From Candidatus Sulfobium sp. (lineage in GTDB: Bacteria; Nitrospirota; Thermodesulfovibrionia; Thermodesulfovibrionales; UBA6898), in the NCBI GenBank assembly GCA_037380845.1, contig JARRRI010000062.1:14371-32400 (forward strand): a stretch of DNA of 18,030 nucleotides, written 5' to 3'. The notes under the pieces were generated by a model, which did no database searches, was not told the DNA's origin, and saw only the letters and a list, made by a program, of their open reading frames with translations. The position numbers were made by a program, and so were the translations under genes. Below, one piece after another: positions 1 to 9,511 of this stretch; the stretch's first letter is position 1, and each line of letters opens with the position of its first letter.

Positions 1-1067
1 GAATATACTGCCTTAATCTTTTTGTATAGCTCTTCGGGATTGAAGACGACGCCGCCGGGTCTGACGTAAAACAGAACATCCGATTTGCCGTTGATGGCGA
101 GTCTTACGTCCTCCACCATCTGTCCGGCGTTCATTTCAACAACCAGAAAAGTCCTTCCCTGCACGGCCATTCTGGCCAGCTGCCTCTCCGGAAAAGGATA
201 AAGAGTTACCGGTCTGAAAAGCCCGATTTTAGCACCCTCCCTGCGCAATTCCTGAACAGCTGAAAGAGCTATGCGCGCCGCAGTACCGAAGGCCACTACC
301 ACAAGCTCGGAATCACGGATGTCATAGGCATCGGACATTACCTCTTTCTTCCTGAGCTGATCGTACTTCTTCAGCAGTTTCCTGTTCCTCTGTTCGAGCT
401 CTCCCTGTCCCATGCACAGGGACCTGATCACTCTCGGGTTACGCCCTTTGCATCCGTCCAAAATCCAGTCCTTCTCCGGAAGTTCGGGTCTCACGTATTC
501 AGTCGGGGAAAAGGGCTCCATCATCTGTCCCACTACACCGTCTCCCAGTATAATAGCGGGCATCCTGTACTCGTCGGCCTTGTCGAATGCCCTCATGGTC
601 AGGTCCCACATCTCCTGCAGGCTGAAGGGAGCATAAACGATGCACCGATAATCTCCATGGCCACCGCCCTTCACCGCCTGAAAATAATCTGCCTGGCTGC
701 CGGTAATATTGCCCAGACCCGGACCACCTCTCTGGATATTGACAATCACCGCAGGCAGCTCGGCACCCGCAAGAAACGATATGGCCTCCTGCATCAGACT
801 GATGCCCGGGCTGCTGGAAGAAGTCATCGCCCTCTCGCCCGCCGCTGCAGCCCCGAATACCATGTTAATCGAAGCAAGCTCGCTTTCACCCTGTATGAAA
901 ATGCCTCCCGCCTCGGGCATATGTTTGGCCATGTATTCAGGCACTTCGTTTTGCGGCGTTATGGGGTATCCTGCGTAAAAGCGGCATCCGGCCCTCAACG
1001 CAGCCTCTGCCAGCGCCTCGTTCCCTTTCATGAGCAACATCTGCCCGCTATCTGTCACTTTTTTCAT
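1..1067 (-). CDS. vorB: 2-oxoacid:ferredoxin oxidoreductase alpha-type subunit (VorB family); 3' end runs off the window
   Basis: Manual minus-strand translation (absent from the ORF track) starts MKKVTDSGQMLLMKGNEALAEAALRAGCRFYAGYPITPQNEVPEYM, with the GYPITP motif, and reads ...RPGGVVFNPEELYKKIKAVY at the window edge. Purine-rich AAGGAAGG lies upstream. Confidence 0.88.
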   Translation of the reverse strand, partial: MKKVTDSGQMLLMKGNEALAEAALRAGCRFYAGYPITPQNEVPEYMAKHMPEAGGIFIQGESELASINMVFGAAAAGERAMTSSSSPGISLMQEAISFLAGAELPAVIVNIQRGGPGLGNITGSQADYFQAVKGGGHGDYRCIVYAPFSLQEMWDLTMRAFDKADEYRMPAIILGDGVVGQMMEPFSPTEYVRPELPEKDWILDGCKGRNPRVIRSLCMGQGELEQRNRKLLKKYDQLRKKEVMSDAYDIRDSELVVVAFGTAARIALSAVQELRREGAKIGLFRPVTLYPFPERQLARMAVQGRTFLVVEMNAGQMVEDVRLAINGKSDVLFYVRPGGVVFNPEELYKKIKAVY

Positions 1068-1108
1068 TTGATTCCGATTCCCTTCCTTAATCAGAGGCAT
1101 TCCCGGTA

Positions 1109-1117
1109 ATTATATCA
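1109..1117 (-). promoter_or_regulatory. Extended -10 promoter (TGaTATAAT) for vorB
   Basis: Reverse complement of 1109-1117 is TGATATAAT, about 40 nt upstream of the ATG. Confidence 0.6.
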
Positions 1118-1167
1118 CAGTTGTCCGATAGTTAAAGTATGTCTTTCCCTGGAAACATTCTCTCCGA

Positions 1168-1197
1168 TTGACAAAAGCCCGGGGCTTTAATTAAGAT
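1168..1197 (+). promoter_or_regulatory. Sigma70-type promoter for glyQS with a palindromic spacer
   Basis: TTGACA (1168-1173), 18-nt spacer, TAAGAT (1192-1197). The spacer contains AAAGCCC-G-GGGCTTT. Confidence 0.65.
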
Positions 1198-1221
1198 TGT
1201 TTTTTGGTCATGGAGGCCTCA

Positions 1222-2097
1222 ATGTATTTTCAGGATTTGATATTGTCACTGCAGAATTACTGGGCCGGGAAGGGATGCGTCCTCCTTCAGCCCTACGATA
1301 TGGAAGTCGGCGCCGGGACGTTCCACTCCGCCACCTTTTTCAGGGTGATCGGACCGGAACCCTGGAGGGCCGCCTACGTCGAGCCTTCGCGGCGCCCGAC
1401 AGACGGCAGATACGGCGAGAACCCGAACCGTCTTCAGCACTATTATCAGTATCAGGTGATTATAAAACCCTCGCCGGCCGACAGTCAGGATATTTATCTC
1501 GACAGCCTCGCCTCCCTGGGCATAGACCCCACAAAACATGATATAAGGTTTGTGGAAGATGATTGGGAATCTCCTACCCTCGGTGCCTGGGGGCTGGGAT
1601 GGGAGGTCTGGCTCGACGGCATGGAGGTCACGCAGTTCACCTATTTCCAGCAGATAGGCGGTATCGATCTCAAACCCGTTTCTCTCGAAATCACATATGG
1701 GCTTGAGCGTATCGCAATGTACCTTCAGGGTGTCGACAGCGTCTACCAGATCCGGTGGAACAGAAACCTTCTTTACGGCGACCTCCACCACATGAGCGAG
1801 ATCGAAGGCTCCCGATATAATTTTGATCACTCGGATGCGGAATTGTTGTCCAGACACTTCGACGACTGCGAAAGAGAGTCCATCAGAATGAACGAGCTGG
1901 GACTTGTTATCCCCTCTTATGAATTCTGTCTCAAGTGTTCGCACCTCTTCAATCTCCTCGACGCGAGAGGGGTTATATCGGTCACCGAAAGGACGAAATA
2001 TATCGCCCGCGTGAGGAACCTCGCAAAGATGGCGGCAGCGGCCTTTTACAGACAGCGGGAAGAAATGGGCTTTCCCCTGCTCGGGGGCGGGAAATAA
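1222..2097 (+). CDS. glyQ: Glycine--tRNA ligase alpha subunit
   Basis: Motifs [41 protein letters not shown] and [13 protein letters not shown] at 1212-1216 favours the ATG at 1222. Confidence 0.98.
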   Translation: MYFQDLILSLQNYWAGKGCVLLQPYDMEVGAGTFHSATFFRVIGPEPWRAAYVEPSRRPTDGRYGENPNRLQHYYQYQVIIKPSPADSQDIYLDSLASLGIDPTKHDIRFVEDDWESPTLGAWGLGWEVWLDGMEVTQFTYFQQIGGIDLKPVSLEITYGLERIAMYLQGVDSVYQIRWNRNLLYGDLHHMSEIEGSRYNFDHSDAELLSRHFDDCERESIRMNELGLVIPSYEFCLKCSHLFNLLDARGVISVTERTKYIARVRNLAKMAAAAFYRQREEMGFPLLGGGK

Positions 2098-2099
2098 GC

Positions 2100-4184
2100 A
2101 TGGAAAAGACGGAATCGACGGCCGCGGTTTTACTGGAGATAGGTACCGAAGAGATACCCTCCCGGTTCCTGCCCGGGGTCCTGTCGGATCTGAATAATCT
2201 CGCAGGGGGAGTCTTTGACGAATACCGCATCGCCTTTACAGATGTCAGCACGTTTGCTACCCCAAGAAGACTCTCGCTGATAGTAAAAGGCGTCGCAGCG
2301 CGGCAATCCGATGTAACAAAAGAAGTGTTCGGACCTTCAAAGAAGGCGGCATTCGACGAAAATGGACTGCCGACAAGGGCCGCTGAAGGTTTTGCCCGGT
2401 CTGTCGGAGTGAAGGCCTCCGGTCTTGTTATACGCAGCAAGGGCAAGGGCGAATATGTCGCGGCAGTAATAGAAGAGAAGGGTCTGGACACCGGGCTTCT
2501 CCTGCCGGAATTGCTGAAGAAAATCATTCTCTCTCTCCGCTTCCCCAAGTCGATGAGGTGGGGGGACGGCACCCTCTATTTCGCCCGGCCGATACACTGG
2601 ATACTGTCCGTGTTCGGTACGGAAACCGTCCGTTTCGATGTAGACGGCATAAAGAGCGGGAATATCACCCGCGGGCACCGGTTTCTCTCACCCGCCTCAT
2701 TCCAGGTGAAAGACGCTGTTTCTTATATGAACATCCTGGCCAATAATTACGTCATTCTCGATCAGGACAAGAGGAGAGATCTGATACAAAAAGGGATCGA
2801 CAGTCTCGCGGCCGCGGCAGGCGGGCTGCCCATTATCGATAATGAACTCCTGGACAGGGTGACTTTCCTTGTCGAGTTTCCGGTCCCGGTCCTGTGTGGA
2901 TTCAGTACCGAATATCTTAAACTGCCGAAGGAGCTTCTGATAACAGTAATGAGGGACCATCAGAAATACTTCGCCGTGCACGACGACGAGGGGAACCTCG
3001 TTAACAGCTTTGTTGTGGTGAGCAATACCAGGGCCGACAACGCGGAAACGGTCAGGACAGGAGCGGAACGGGTTATCAGGGCACGCTTCGACGACGCGAA
3101 GTTCTATTTTCATGAGGATAGAAAGAGGCCTCTCTCCGGGAGAGTGGAAGAACTGAAGCAGGTGACCTTTCATGACAGGCTGGGTAGTCTTTTTGAAAAG
3201 ACCGGCAGGGTGACCGCGATAGCCGCGTTTCTCTCCGCAAAGATTGGACCTTCTCTGAAAGATAGTCTCGAAAGGGCCTCACTCCTTTCAAAAACGGACC
3301 TTTTAACCGGAGTAGTAAGGGAGTTCCCCGAACTTCAGGGCATTATGGGTAAATATTATGCCCTGCATGACAGGGAAGATGAGGAGGTCGCCGCCGCACT
3401 GGAAGAACAATATCTGCCCGGTTCCTTCGGCGGCAAGATGCCCGAGACGGAACTGGGTGCCTTTCTCAGTCTCTCCGATAAAGCAGACAATATTGCCTCT
3501 TTTTTTGCCATAGGACTCGTGCCGTCAGGTTCCGAAGATCCCTTCGCCCTCAGAAGACAGGCACTGGGCATAGTATCGATATTGCTTGAAAAGGGGTACC
3601 CTCTTTCTCTCCGCGAGATGTTTGCCGATGCGCTGACACACCTGGGGCATCGGGGAAGTGAAAAGGACCCTCTGGAAAGCATTATCGGGTTCATGGAACA
3701 GAGGATAGAATTCGTCTTCTCTTCAAAAGGAAATGCACAAGACGTTATAAAGTCGGTTCTTTATCTTTCTTCGATCCTTCCGTTGAAGAACGTCTCAGAA
3801 AGGATAGATGCACTGAAAAGCTTCAAGGAAGACCCGCAATTCCCCGATTTCCTGCTGGCCGTCAAAAGGATACACAATATCGTCCCAAAGGGGAAAGTAC
3901 TGCCGCCGGTAAGAGAAGAACTTTTCGTGCAGGATGAAGAAAAGGATCTTTTTGCCGCTTTATTGGCAGCCAAAGCTGAGGTCTCTTCACTCATGGCCGG
4001 GGAGAGGTTTTCCGACGCACTCAAACGCCTCTCCGAGATCACAGCGCAGGTTAATTCTTTTTTTGACAAGGTTCTGGTAATGGACAAGGAAGAAAAGACA
4101 AAGGAGAACAGACTTTCCCTTCTGAAGGAATTATGGGATACCGCCTATTCGTTGGCGGATTTTTCCAAACTTCTGCAGTTATAA
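2100..4184 (+). CDS. glyS: Glycine--tRNA ligase beta subunit
   Basis: Motifs LLEIGTEEIP, FATPRRL, FPKSMRWG, EFPELQGIMG and PSGSEDPFALRR. ATG 2100 follows the glyQ stop by 2 nt. Confidence 0.97.
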   Translation: MEKTESTAAVLLEIGTEEIPSRFLPGVLSDLNNLAGGVFDEYRIAFTDVSTFATPRRLSLIVKGVAARQSDVTKEVFGPSKKAAFDENGLPTRAAEGFARSVGVKASGLVIRSKGKGEYVAAVIEEKGLDTGLLLPELLKKIILSLRFPKSMRWGDGTLYFARPIHWILSVFGTETVRFDVDGIKSGNITRGHRFLSPASFQVKDAVSYMNILANNYVILDQDKRRDLIQKGIDSLAAAAGGLPIIDNELLDRVTFLVEFPVPVLCGFSTEYLKLPKELLITVMRDHQKYFAVHDDEGNLVNSFVVVSNTRADNAETVRTGAERVIRARFDDAKFYFHEDRKRPLSGRVEELKQVTFHDRLGSLFEKTGRVTAIAAFLSAKIGPSLKDSLERASLLSKTDLLTGVVREFPELQGIMGKYYALHDREDEEVAAALEEQYLPGSFGGKMPETELGAFLSLSDKADNIASFFAIGLVPSGSEDPFALRRQALGIVSILLEKGYPLSLREMFADALTHLGHRGSEKDPLESIIGFMEQRIEFVFSSKGNAQDVIKSVLYLSSILPLKNVSERIDALKSFKEDPQFPDFLLAVKRIHNIVPKGKVLPPVREELFVQDEEKDLFAALLAAKAEVSSLMAGERFSDALKRLSEITAQVNSFFDKVLVMDKEEKTKENRLSLLKELWDTAYSLADFSKLLQL

Positions 4185-4229
4185 CCTTCACTTGAAAAGC
4201 ATCTTCTCTTTGCAGTAATATCTCTTATC

Positions 4230-5438
4230 ATGGATAAAATCGTAAGCAGCCTCCTTCAGAAAAATAAAACAAAAATTGTCCTTGTCGTCCTTGACGGTCT
4301 GGGAGGTCTTCCCGTTAGCGGTAAGACCGAACTCGAGGCCGCGAACACTCCTTCCATGGATGCGGTTGCTAAAACCGCCGCATGCGGTCTTCACATACCT
4401 GTGGAGCCGGGCATCACCCCCGGGAGTGGACCCGGCCATCTCGCCCTTTTCGGTTATGATCCCAAAGAATGCCAGATCGGCAGGGGGATTCTGGAGGTGC
4501 TGGGACTGGGGCTTGAAGTAAAAAAGACGGACGTTGCGGTGAGGTGCAACTATGCGACGGTTCGGGAAGGAGTTGTTACTGACAGAAGGGCGGGTAGAAT
4601 ACCGACCGATCACAGTCGCAGACTCACGGAAAAACTCCGGTCGGGGATCGGAAAGATAGACGAGGCCGAGGTTATCTTCGCCCCCGGCATGGAGCACAGG
4701 TTCGCCGTGCTTTTGCGGTTCCCCGAGCCCCTTGAACCGGACGCCGCCATGATCTCCGACACCGACCCGCAGAAAGAAGGGCAGCGGCCGCTCTACCCGA
4801 CCCCACTGGCAAAAAATGCCGAAAGGGTGTCGAGGATCGTCGAGAAGCTTATCAATTCCATTCATGAGATATTGAAGGATGAAACAAACGCGAACTATGC
4901 CTTGATGCGGGGCTTTTCAAAGATGCCCCACATACCGACTTTCCAGGATGCCTTCGGGCTCAATGCCCTTGCCATAGCGACTTACCCGATGTATCGGGGC
5001 CTTGCGCGGCTGGTCGAGATGGACACGCCGGCCATAGAAGGGACCGTCCAGGATGAGGTTGATTTCCTGAAAAGCAAATATAACCATTACGATTTCTTTT
5101 TCCTCCACGTGAAGAAGGTCGACTCCTATGGGGAAGACGGTAATTTTCCGGAAAAGTGCCGCAGGATAGAAGAGTTCGACGCCCTTCTGCCCCAGATACT
5201 GGAACTCAAACCGGATGTTCTCATCATCACTGGGGACCATTCGACACCGGCGGTGCTCAAAGGCCACAGCTGGCATCCGGTGCCCGTGCTCCTTCGATCC
5301 CCATACGTGCTTGGCGGGCTTTGTGAGGGCTTCTCGGAAAGGGAATGCACAAAAGGCGAACTCGGGATATTCCGCACCATCCACCTTATGCCGCTCGCCC
5401 TCGCCAACGCAGGCAGACTCAAAAAATTCGGTGCGTAA
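4230..5438 (+). CDS. apgM: 2,3-bisphosphoglycerate-independent phosphoglycerate mutase (ApgM/archaeal type)
   Basis: Metalloenzyme motifs VLDGLGG, TPGSGPGHLALFGYDP, TGDHSTP and HSWHPVP. Confidence 0.93.
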   Translation: MDKIVSSLLQKNKTKIVLVVLDGLGGLPVSGKTELEAANTPSMDAVAKTAACGLHIPVEPGITPGSGPGHLALFGYDPKECQIGRGILEVLGLGLEVKKTDVAVRCNYATVREGVVTDRRAGRIPTDHSRRLTEKLRSGIGKIDEAEVIFAPGMEHRFAVLLRFPEPLEPDAAMISDTDPQKEGQRPLYPTPLAKNAERVSRIVEKLINSIHEILKDETNANYALMRGFSKMPHIPTFQDAFGLNALAIATYPMYRGLARLVEMDTPAIEGTVQDEVDFLKSKYNHYDFFFLHVKKVDSYGEDGNFPEKCRRIEEFDALLPQILELKPDVLIITGDHSTPAVLKGHSWHPVPVLLRSPYVLGGLCEGFSERECTKGELGIFRTIHLMPLALANAGRLKKFGA

Positions 5439-6888
5439 GGCCCATATCGAAGTGAACGACCCGGACCGGAAACTGGTAGAAGCGTCCAGTGGCACAGCCG
5501 GTACAACGCCCCTCCGCCGGGTAGCCCATCTGGTAGACACCCACTGTCATCTCGACATGAGGGAATTCGACCCGGACAGGGATGAAGTGATCAGGCGGGC
5601 GCGGGACGCCGGATTTGAGGCACTCGTTACCGTAGGCTCCGACCTCCACGGGACCGTAAAGGGGATGGAACTCTCCCGACAGTACGATTTCGTCTTCGCC
5701 TCAATCGGTATACATCCCCACGACGCGAAGGATTTCAGAAAAGAAATCCTTCTGCGTCTCAAGGACTGGTCAACAGAGAAAAAGGTCGTGGCCATAGGGG
5801 AAACCGGAATCGACTACCATTACGACCATTCACCCCGCGAGGTGCAGCGGAAGGTCTTCAGGAAGCACCTGGAGCTTGCGGGCGAAAGCGGCCTGCCTGT
5901 CATAATTCACAGCCGGGAGGCTGAAGACGACACCATGGAGATACTCAGGGAATCGGGGATTGTTAACGGAGTGCTTCACTGTTTTTCAGGCGACATGGAA
6001 ATGGCGGAAGAAGCGATGTCCATGGGACTCTTCATCTCACTGGCCGGTCCTGTAACCTTCAAGAAGTCTACGCAGCTGAAGGAGATAGCGGGGATAATAC
6101 CTGACGACTACCTCCTGGTCGAGACTGACGCTCCCTATTTGACTCCCGAGCCGTTCCGGGGAAAGCGCAACGAGCCCGCATTTATGCAGCACACAGTAAA
6201 ACTGATAGCAGAATTGCGGGGCGTGAGCTACGAGGACCTGGCGCGCATCACTACCCTCAACGCCCGTCGTCTCTTCCGGATAGGCTCCGTCCCGGAAAAG
6301 GCTGAAATCGCCTATCAGATCCGTGACAGCCTGTATCTCAATATAACCAACAGGTGCACCAATACCTGCTCCTTCTGCGTCAAGTTCCGCTCCGATTTTG
6401 TGAAGGGGCATAAACTAAGGCTGATGCATGAGCCCGAAGAAGAAGAAATAAAGCGCGAAATCGGAGACCCTTCAGCCTACAGGGAGATCGTGTTCTGCGG
6501 TTACGGAGAACCTCTCCTGAGGATCGAGACCGTAAAGCAGATAGCCAAATGGGTCAAGGACAATAATGGAAAGGTCAGGATCAACACCAACGGCCATGCC
6601 AATCTCATCCATAAGAGGGACGTGGTCCCTGAACTGAAAGGCATTGTGGACAGCATTTCGATCAGTCTCGACGCCCAGGACGAAGAGACCTATAACAGGC
6701 TGTGCAAGCCGGCTTTCAGCAACGCTTATGCCGAAGTCCTCCGGTTTGTTAAACGCTCAACCGAGATAATCCCCGACGTGCAGGTAACGGTAGTAGAACT
6801 GCCCGGAGTCGACGTGGAAAAATGCAAGCGGATAGCCGGCGAACTGGGTGCCCATTTCAGGCTTCGCAAGTACGACGTGGTAGGCTGA
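5431..6888 (+). CDS. TatD-family nuclease fused to a C-terminal TatD-associated radical SAM domain (start uncertain, 5431-5530)
   Basis: TatD motifs VDTHCHLD, GIHPH, AIGETGIDY, IIHSR, GVLHCFSG and VETDAPYLTP. Then YLNITNRCTNTCSFC (CxxxCxxC), VFCGYGEP and RINTNG. An in-frame GTG at 5431 overlaps the apgM 3' end. Confidence 0.92.
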   Translation: MRKAHIEVNDPDRKLVEASSGTAGTTPLRRVAHLVDTHCHLDMREFDPDRDEVIRRARDAGFEALVTVGSDLHGTVKGMELSRQYDFVFASIGIHPHDAKDFRKEILLRLKDWSTEKKVVAIGETGIDYHYDHSPREVQRKVFRKHLELAGESGLPVIIHSREAEDDTMEILRESGIVNGVLHCFSGDMEMAEEAMSMGLFISLAGPVTFKKSTQLKEIAGIIPDDYLLVETDAPYLTPEPFRGKRNEPAFMQHTVKLIAELRGVSYEDLARITTLNARRLFRIGSVPEKAEIAYQIRDSLYLNITNRCTNTCSFCVKFRSDFVKGHKLRLMHEPEEEEIKREIGDPSAYREIVFCGYGEPLLRIETVKQIAKWVKDNNGKVRINTNGHANLIHKRDVVPELKGIVDSISISLDAQDEETYNRLCKPAFSNAYAEVLRFVKRSTEIIPDVQVTVVELPGVDVEKCKRIAGELGAHFRLRKYDVVG

Positions 6889-6906
6889 CGGCTCCTCGGC
6901 CCGGTC

Positions 6907-7275
6907 TTATTTTTTACCCACAACTTCCCTCACCATCTCGACCAGCGCCCGGGGGCTGAAAGGCTTTGTTATGTACCGTGCCACACCGCATTTGAGTCCA
7001 AGCTGCTCGTGGGTGTCCTGGTCTTTCGCCGTAAGCATGAATATGGGGATTTTACTGAGATGTGCATCCTTCTTGATAGAGGTACAGACCTCCAGCCCGC
7101 TGACCTCAGGCATCATCCAGTCAAGTATTATCAGGTCCGGCATTTCTCTTCTGATGACATCCAGCGCATTTCTGCTCTCCCTTAGAGTAACCACATCTAT
7201 TCCGTACCTCCGGAGCTGGTCCTCCAGCATCATCAGGATAAAAGGTTCGTCATCGATAACGACAACCTTGCTCAT
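6907..7275 (-). CDS. Single-domain response regulator (receiver)
   Basis: VVVIDDE, PDLIILDWMMP (phospho-Asp), LTAK and YITKPF in 122 aa. Confidence 0.93.
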   Translation of the reverse strand: MSKVVVIDDEPFILMMLEDQLRRYGIDVVTLRESRNALDVIRREMPDLIILDWMMPEVSGLEVCTSIKKDAHLSKIPIFMLTAKDQDTHEQLGLKCGVARYITKPFSPRALVEMVREVVGKK

Positions 7276-7558
7276 TCGGCTTCCACAGGAAAGAAGACAA
7301 GTGTTAACGGGACATCAAGAGACGCCCGGAGCGATGTAACCCGCGATGACGGCGAGGTCATGGCAGTGTTTCCAAAGGTCCGCGGACATCGGCGACAGTG
7401 TTCATAGGCTAGTTCCAGTCTATCACAAAAAGCGGGACTCATATACCCTCGGTAATTCCCCGCAGGAACGGGACGATAAAGGAGGGGGATGATGCTAAAT
7501 CGAACAGAAAAGATCGACATTCCGGTAGTTCTGGCGGTCCCCGTCGACCGGGCGGGTA

Positions 7559-8728
7559 TTATTTGTTACGGAAAAAGAATTCTATGATTCCCGACAAAGG
7601 CAATTCCCCCTGGCTCGAATCAGAAAGTTTCTTCCATTTTACAACGCCGGAATCTATCTCCTCGTCGCCGATTATCAGGGCATATCCCGCAGACAGCCTG
7701 TCGGCCCTCCTCATCTGGCTCTTGAGAGACGAGCCAGAGTCTCCCACCTCGACCCACAGGCCGGCCTGTCTGAGGCTGTCGGCAACGGCAAGACCTTCGC
7801 CGTTGGCACGCTCTCCGATACTGGCGATAAAGACCTCCGGGACAGGGACTTCCTGCACCCCGGTGACCCTTAACAGTTCCACAATCCGCTCCATTCCCAC
7901 TGCAAAGCCTACCGCCGGTGTCTCGGGCCCGCCGAACTCCTTCACCAGCCTGTCGTATCTGCCGCCGGCGGCTACCGCGTTCTGTGCGCCGAGGTTTTCG
8001 CTTGTGACCTCGAAGGTCGTTCGCGTGTAATAGTCGAGTCCCCTCACCATGTCAGGGTTTACAGTGTAAGGAACTCCAAGTCGTGTCAGTAGAGTCAGGA
8101 GCCTGTCAAAATGCTTCCTGCAATCATTGCAGATGTAATCGGTCACTTTTGGGGCGCCGCTGCGGAGTTCGATGCAACGCTCGACCTTGCAGTCGAGAAT
8201 CCGAAGCGGATTTTGGTTGTACCTTCTCTGGCAATCAACGCATAGGCCGTCAAGACGGTCGGAAAAAAATTCGTGTAGCATGGACAGGATCTCCGCATCC
8301 ATCACCGGCTGGGCGGAGCCGAAGGCCTCTACCCCGATCTGGTAGAACTGTCTGAACCGTCCCGACTGGGGCCTTTCATATCTGAACATCTGCCCGGAAT
8401 AGTAATACTTCTGGGGTGGAGGGAGATTAAAAAGGTGATTTTCCACATAACTTCTTACAACCGAGGCCGTCCCTTCCGGTCTCAGCGATACGCTCCTGCC
8501 GCCCTTGTCACTGAACGTGTACATCTCCTTCTCCACGATGTCCGTGTTCTCCCCTATGCTCCGGGTGAAAAGGTCCGTGGATTCGGCCACCGGCGTCCGT
8601 ATCTCCTGGAAGCCGTAAGAATAAAAAATCTCGCGAGCGACCGCCTCGACCCTCTGCCATATATAGATATCGGGCGCAAGGATATCCCTCATGCCCTTAA
8701 GGGCCTTGAAGCGAGTGGAAGGACTCAC
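7559..8728 (-). CDS. hisS: Histidine--tRNA ligase, apparently missing about 30 internal residues
   Basis: Motifs KEMYTF, LRPEGTA, FRYERPQSGRFRQF, VRGLDYY, GGRYD and GFAVGMER. 389 aa versus roughly 420 typical. Confidence 0.95.
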   Translation of the reverse strand: MSPSTRFKALKGMRDILAPDIYIWQRVEAVAREIFYSYGFQEIRTPVAESTDLFTRSIGENTDIVEKEMYTFSDKGGRSVSLRPEGTASVVRSYVENHLFNLPPPQKYYYSGQMFRYERPQSGRFRQFYQIGVEAFGSAQPVMDAEILSMLHEFFSDRLDGLCVDCQRRYNQNPLRILDCKVERCIELRSGAPKVTDYICNDCRKHFDRLLTLLTRLGVPYTVNPDMVRGLDYYTRTTFEVTSENLGAQNAVAAGGRYDRLVKEFGGPETPAVGFAVGMERIVELLRVTGVQEVPVPEVFIASIGERANGEGLAVADSLRQAGLWVEVGDSGSSLKSQMRRADRLSAGYALIIGDEEIDSGVVKWKKLSDSSQGELPLSGIIEFFFRNK

Positions 8729-9204
8729 TGAACCCCCTCTTCCCGGCTCTCTCCTTCGCGCAAGGAATCGTGCTCAAGCATTCTGGTGTGGCTTTCGATC
8801 AGTCTCCTGATCTCCTCCTTGAAATGCCGCCTGATCCCTTTGAGGTCCACTATGTCCTCGTGTATTTTTATGACGCTTTCCTGGGCCTCCTTTACCAGAC
8901 TATCGGCCTTCAGTTCCGCCTCCTTGATGATAAGTTCCGCCTCCTTCCGGGCATTGGTCTTGTAATCCTCGACCATTTGCTGGGCCGTCATCAGCGTTTC
9001 CCTCATAGTCGATTCCATATCCCGGTATTCCTTTATCTGGTTCTCCCCCCTTTGCACACCCTCTTTGAGGGAAGCGTTTTCCCTCAGGAGCTCCTCCATT
9101 TCCTCCCTTATGACTTCCAGGAAGGCGTATACCTCTTCGACATCGAATCCCCTGAATTTCATCGGGAATTGCTTTTGCTGGATATCAAGCGGTGTGATCC
9201 TCAT
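8725..9204 (-). CDS. divIVA: DivIVA domain protein
   Basis: MRITPLDIQQKQF...RGFDVEEVYAFL followed by a coiled coil. Sits in the conserved yggS-proC-yggT-divIVA context. Confidence 0.9.
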   Translation of the reverse strand: MRITPLDIQQKQFPMKFRGFDVEEVYAFLEVIREEMEELLRENASLKEGVQRGENQIKEYRDMESTMRETLMTAQQMVEDYKTNARKEAELIIKEAELKADSLVKEAQESVIKIHEDIVDLKGIRRHFKEEIRRLIESHTRMLEHDSLREGESREEGVQ

Positions 9205-9205
9205 A

Positions 9206-9511
9206 CTATCCTCCTCCGACCCTGTAACCGATTTTTACTAACGTGGTAACCAAAAAAGATTGCGCGAATATAATAACAAGAATAACCACTATAGGAGAAA
9301 CGTCTATAGGCCCGAGCCTGTAGCCGATCAGTCTCCGCACCGGTCTGAAGGCCGGCTCCGTAATTGAATACAGGAACCTTACTATAGGGTTGTAGGGATC
9401 GGGATTGACCCAGCTGATCAAAGCGGCAATGATCACCACCCACTTGTATATTTCGAGGATTATGTCCAGAATCTTTGCAAGAGTGATCAGGAAATCACCG
9501 AAAATAAACAT
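9206..9511 (-). CDS. yggT: YggT family membrane protein
   Basis: ISWVNPDPYNPIV, ITEP and IDVSP motifs. SD spacing favours ATG 9511 over GTG 9514. Confidence 0.92.
   Translation of the reverse strand: MFIFGDFLITLAKILDIILEIYKWVVIIAALISWVNPDPYNPIVRFLYSITEPAFRPVRRLIGYRLGPIDVSPIVVILVIIFAQSFLVTTLVKIGYRVGGG

Noticed and set aside
412..1109. Plus-strand ORFs 412-636, 657-1109 and 709-978
   Set aside because: Antisense shadows of the minus-strand vorB-type gene, with no recognisable motifs.
1935..2099. N-terminal extension of glyS in the ORF track
   Set aside because: Overlaps the glyQ coding region. GlyS similarity starts after ATG 2100.
5215..5430. N-terminal extension of the TatD fusion ORF
   Set aside because: Lies inside apgM in another frame. 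The TatD motif begins near 5530.
7272..7520. 82-aa minus-strand ORF with an ATGA overlap to the receiver gene
   Set aside because: No SD or recognisable domain. A possible -10 (TGaTAGACT) inside it suggests promoter/UTR sequence. Not fully excluded.
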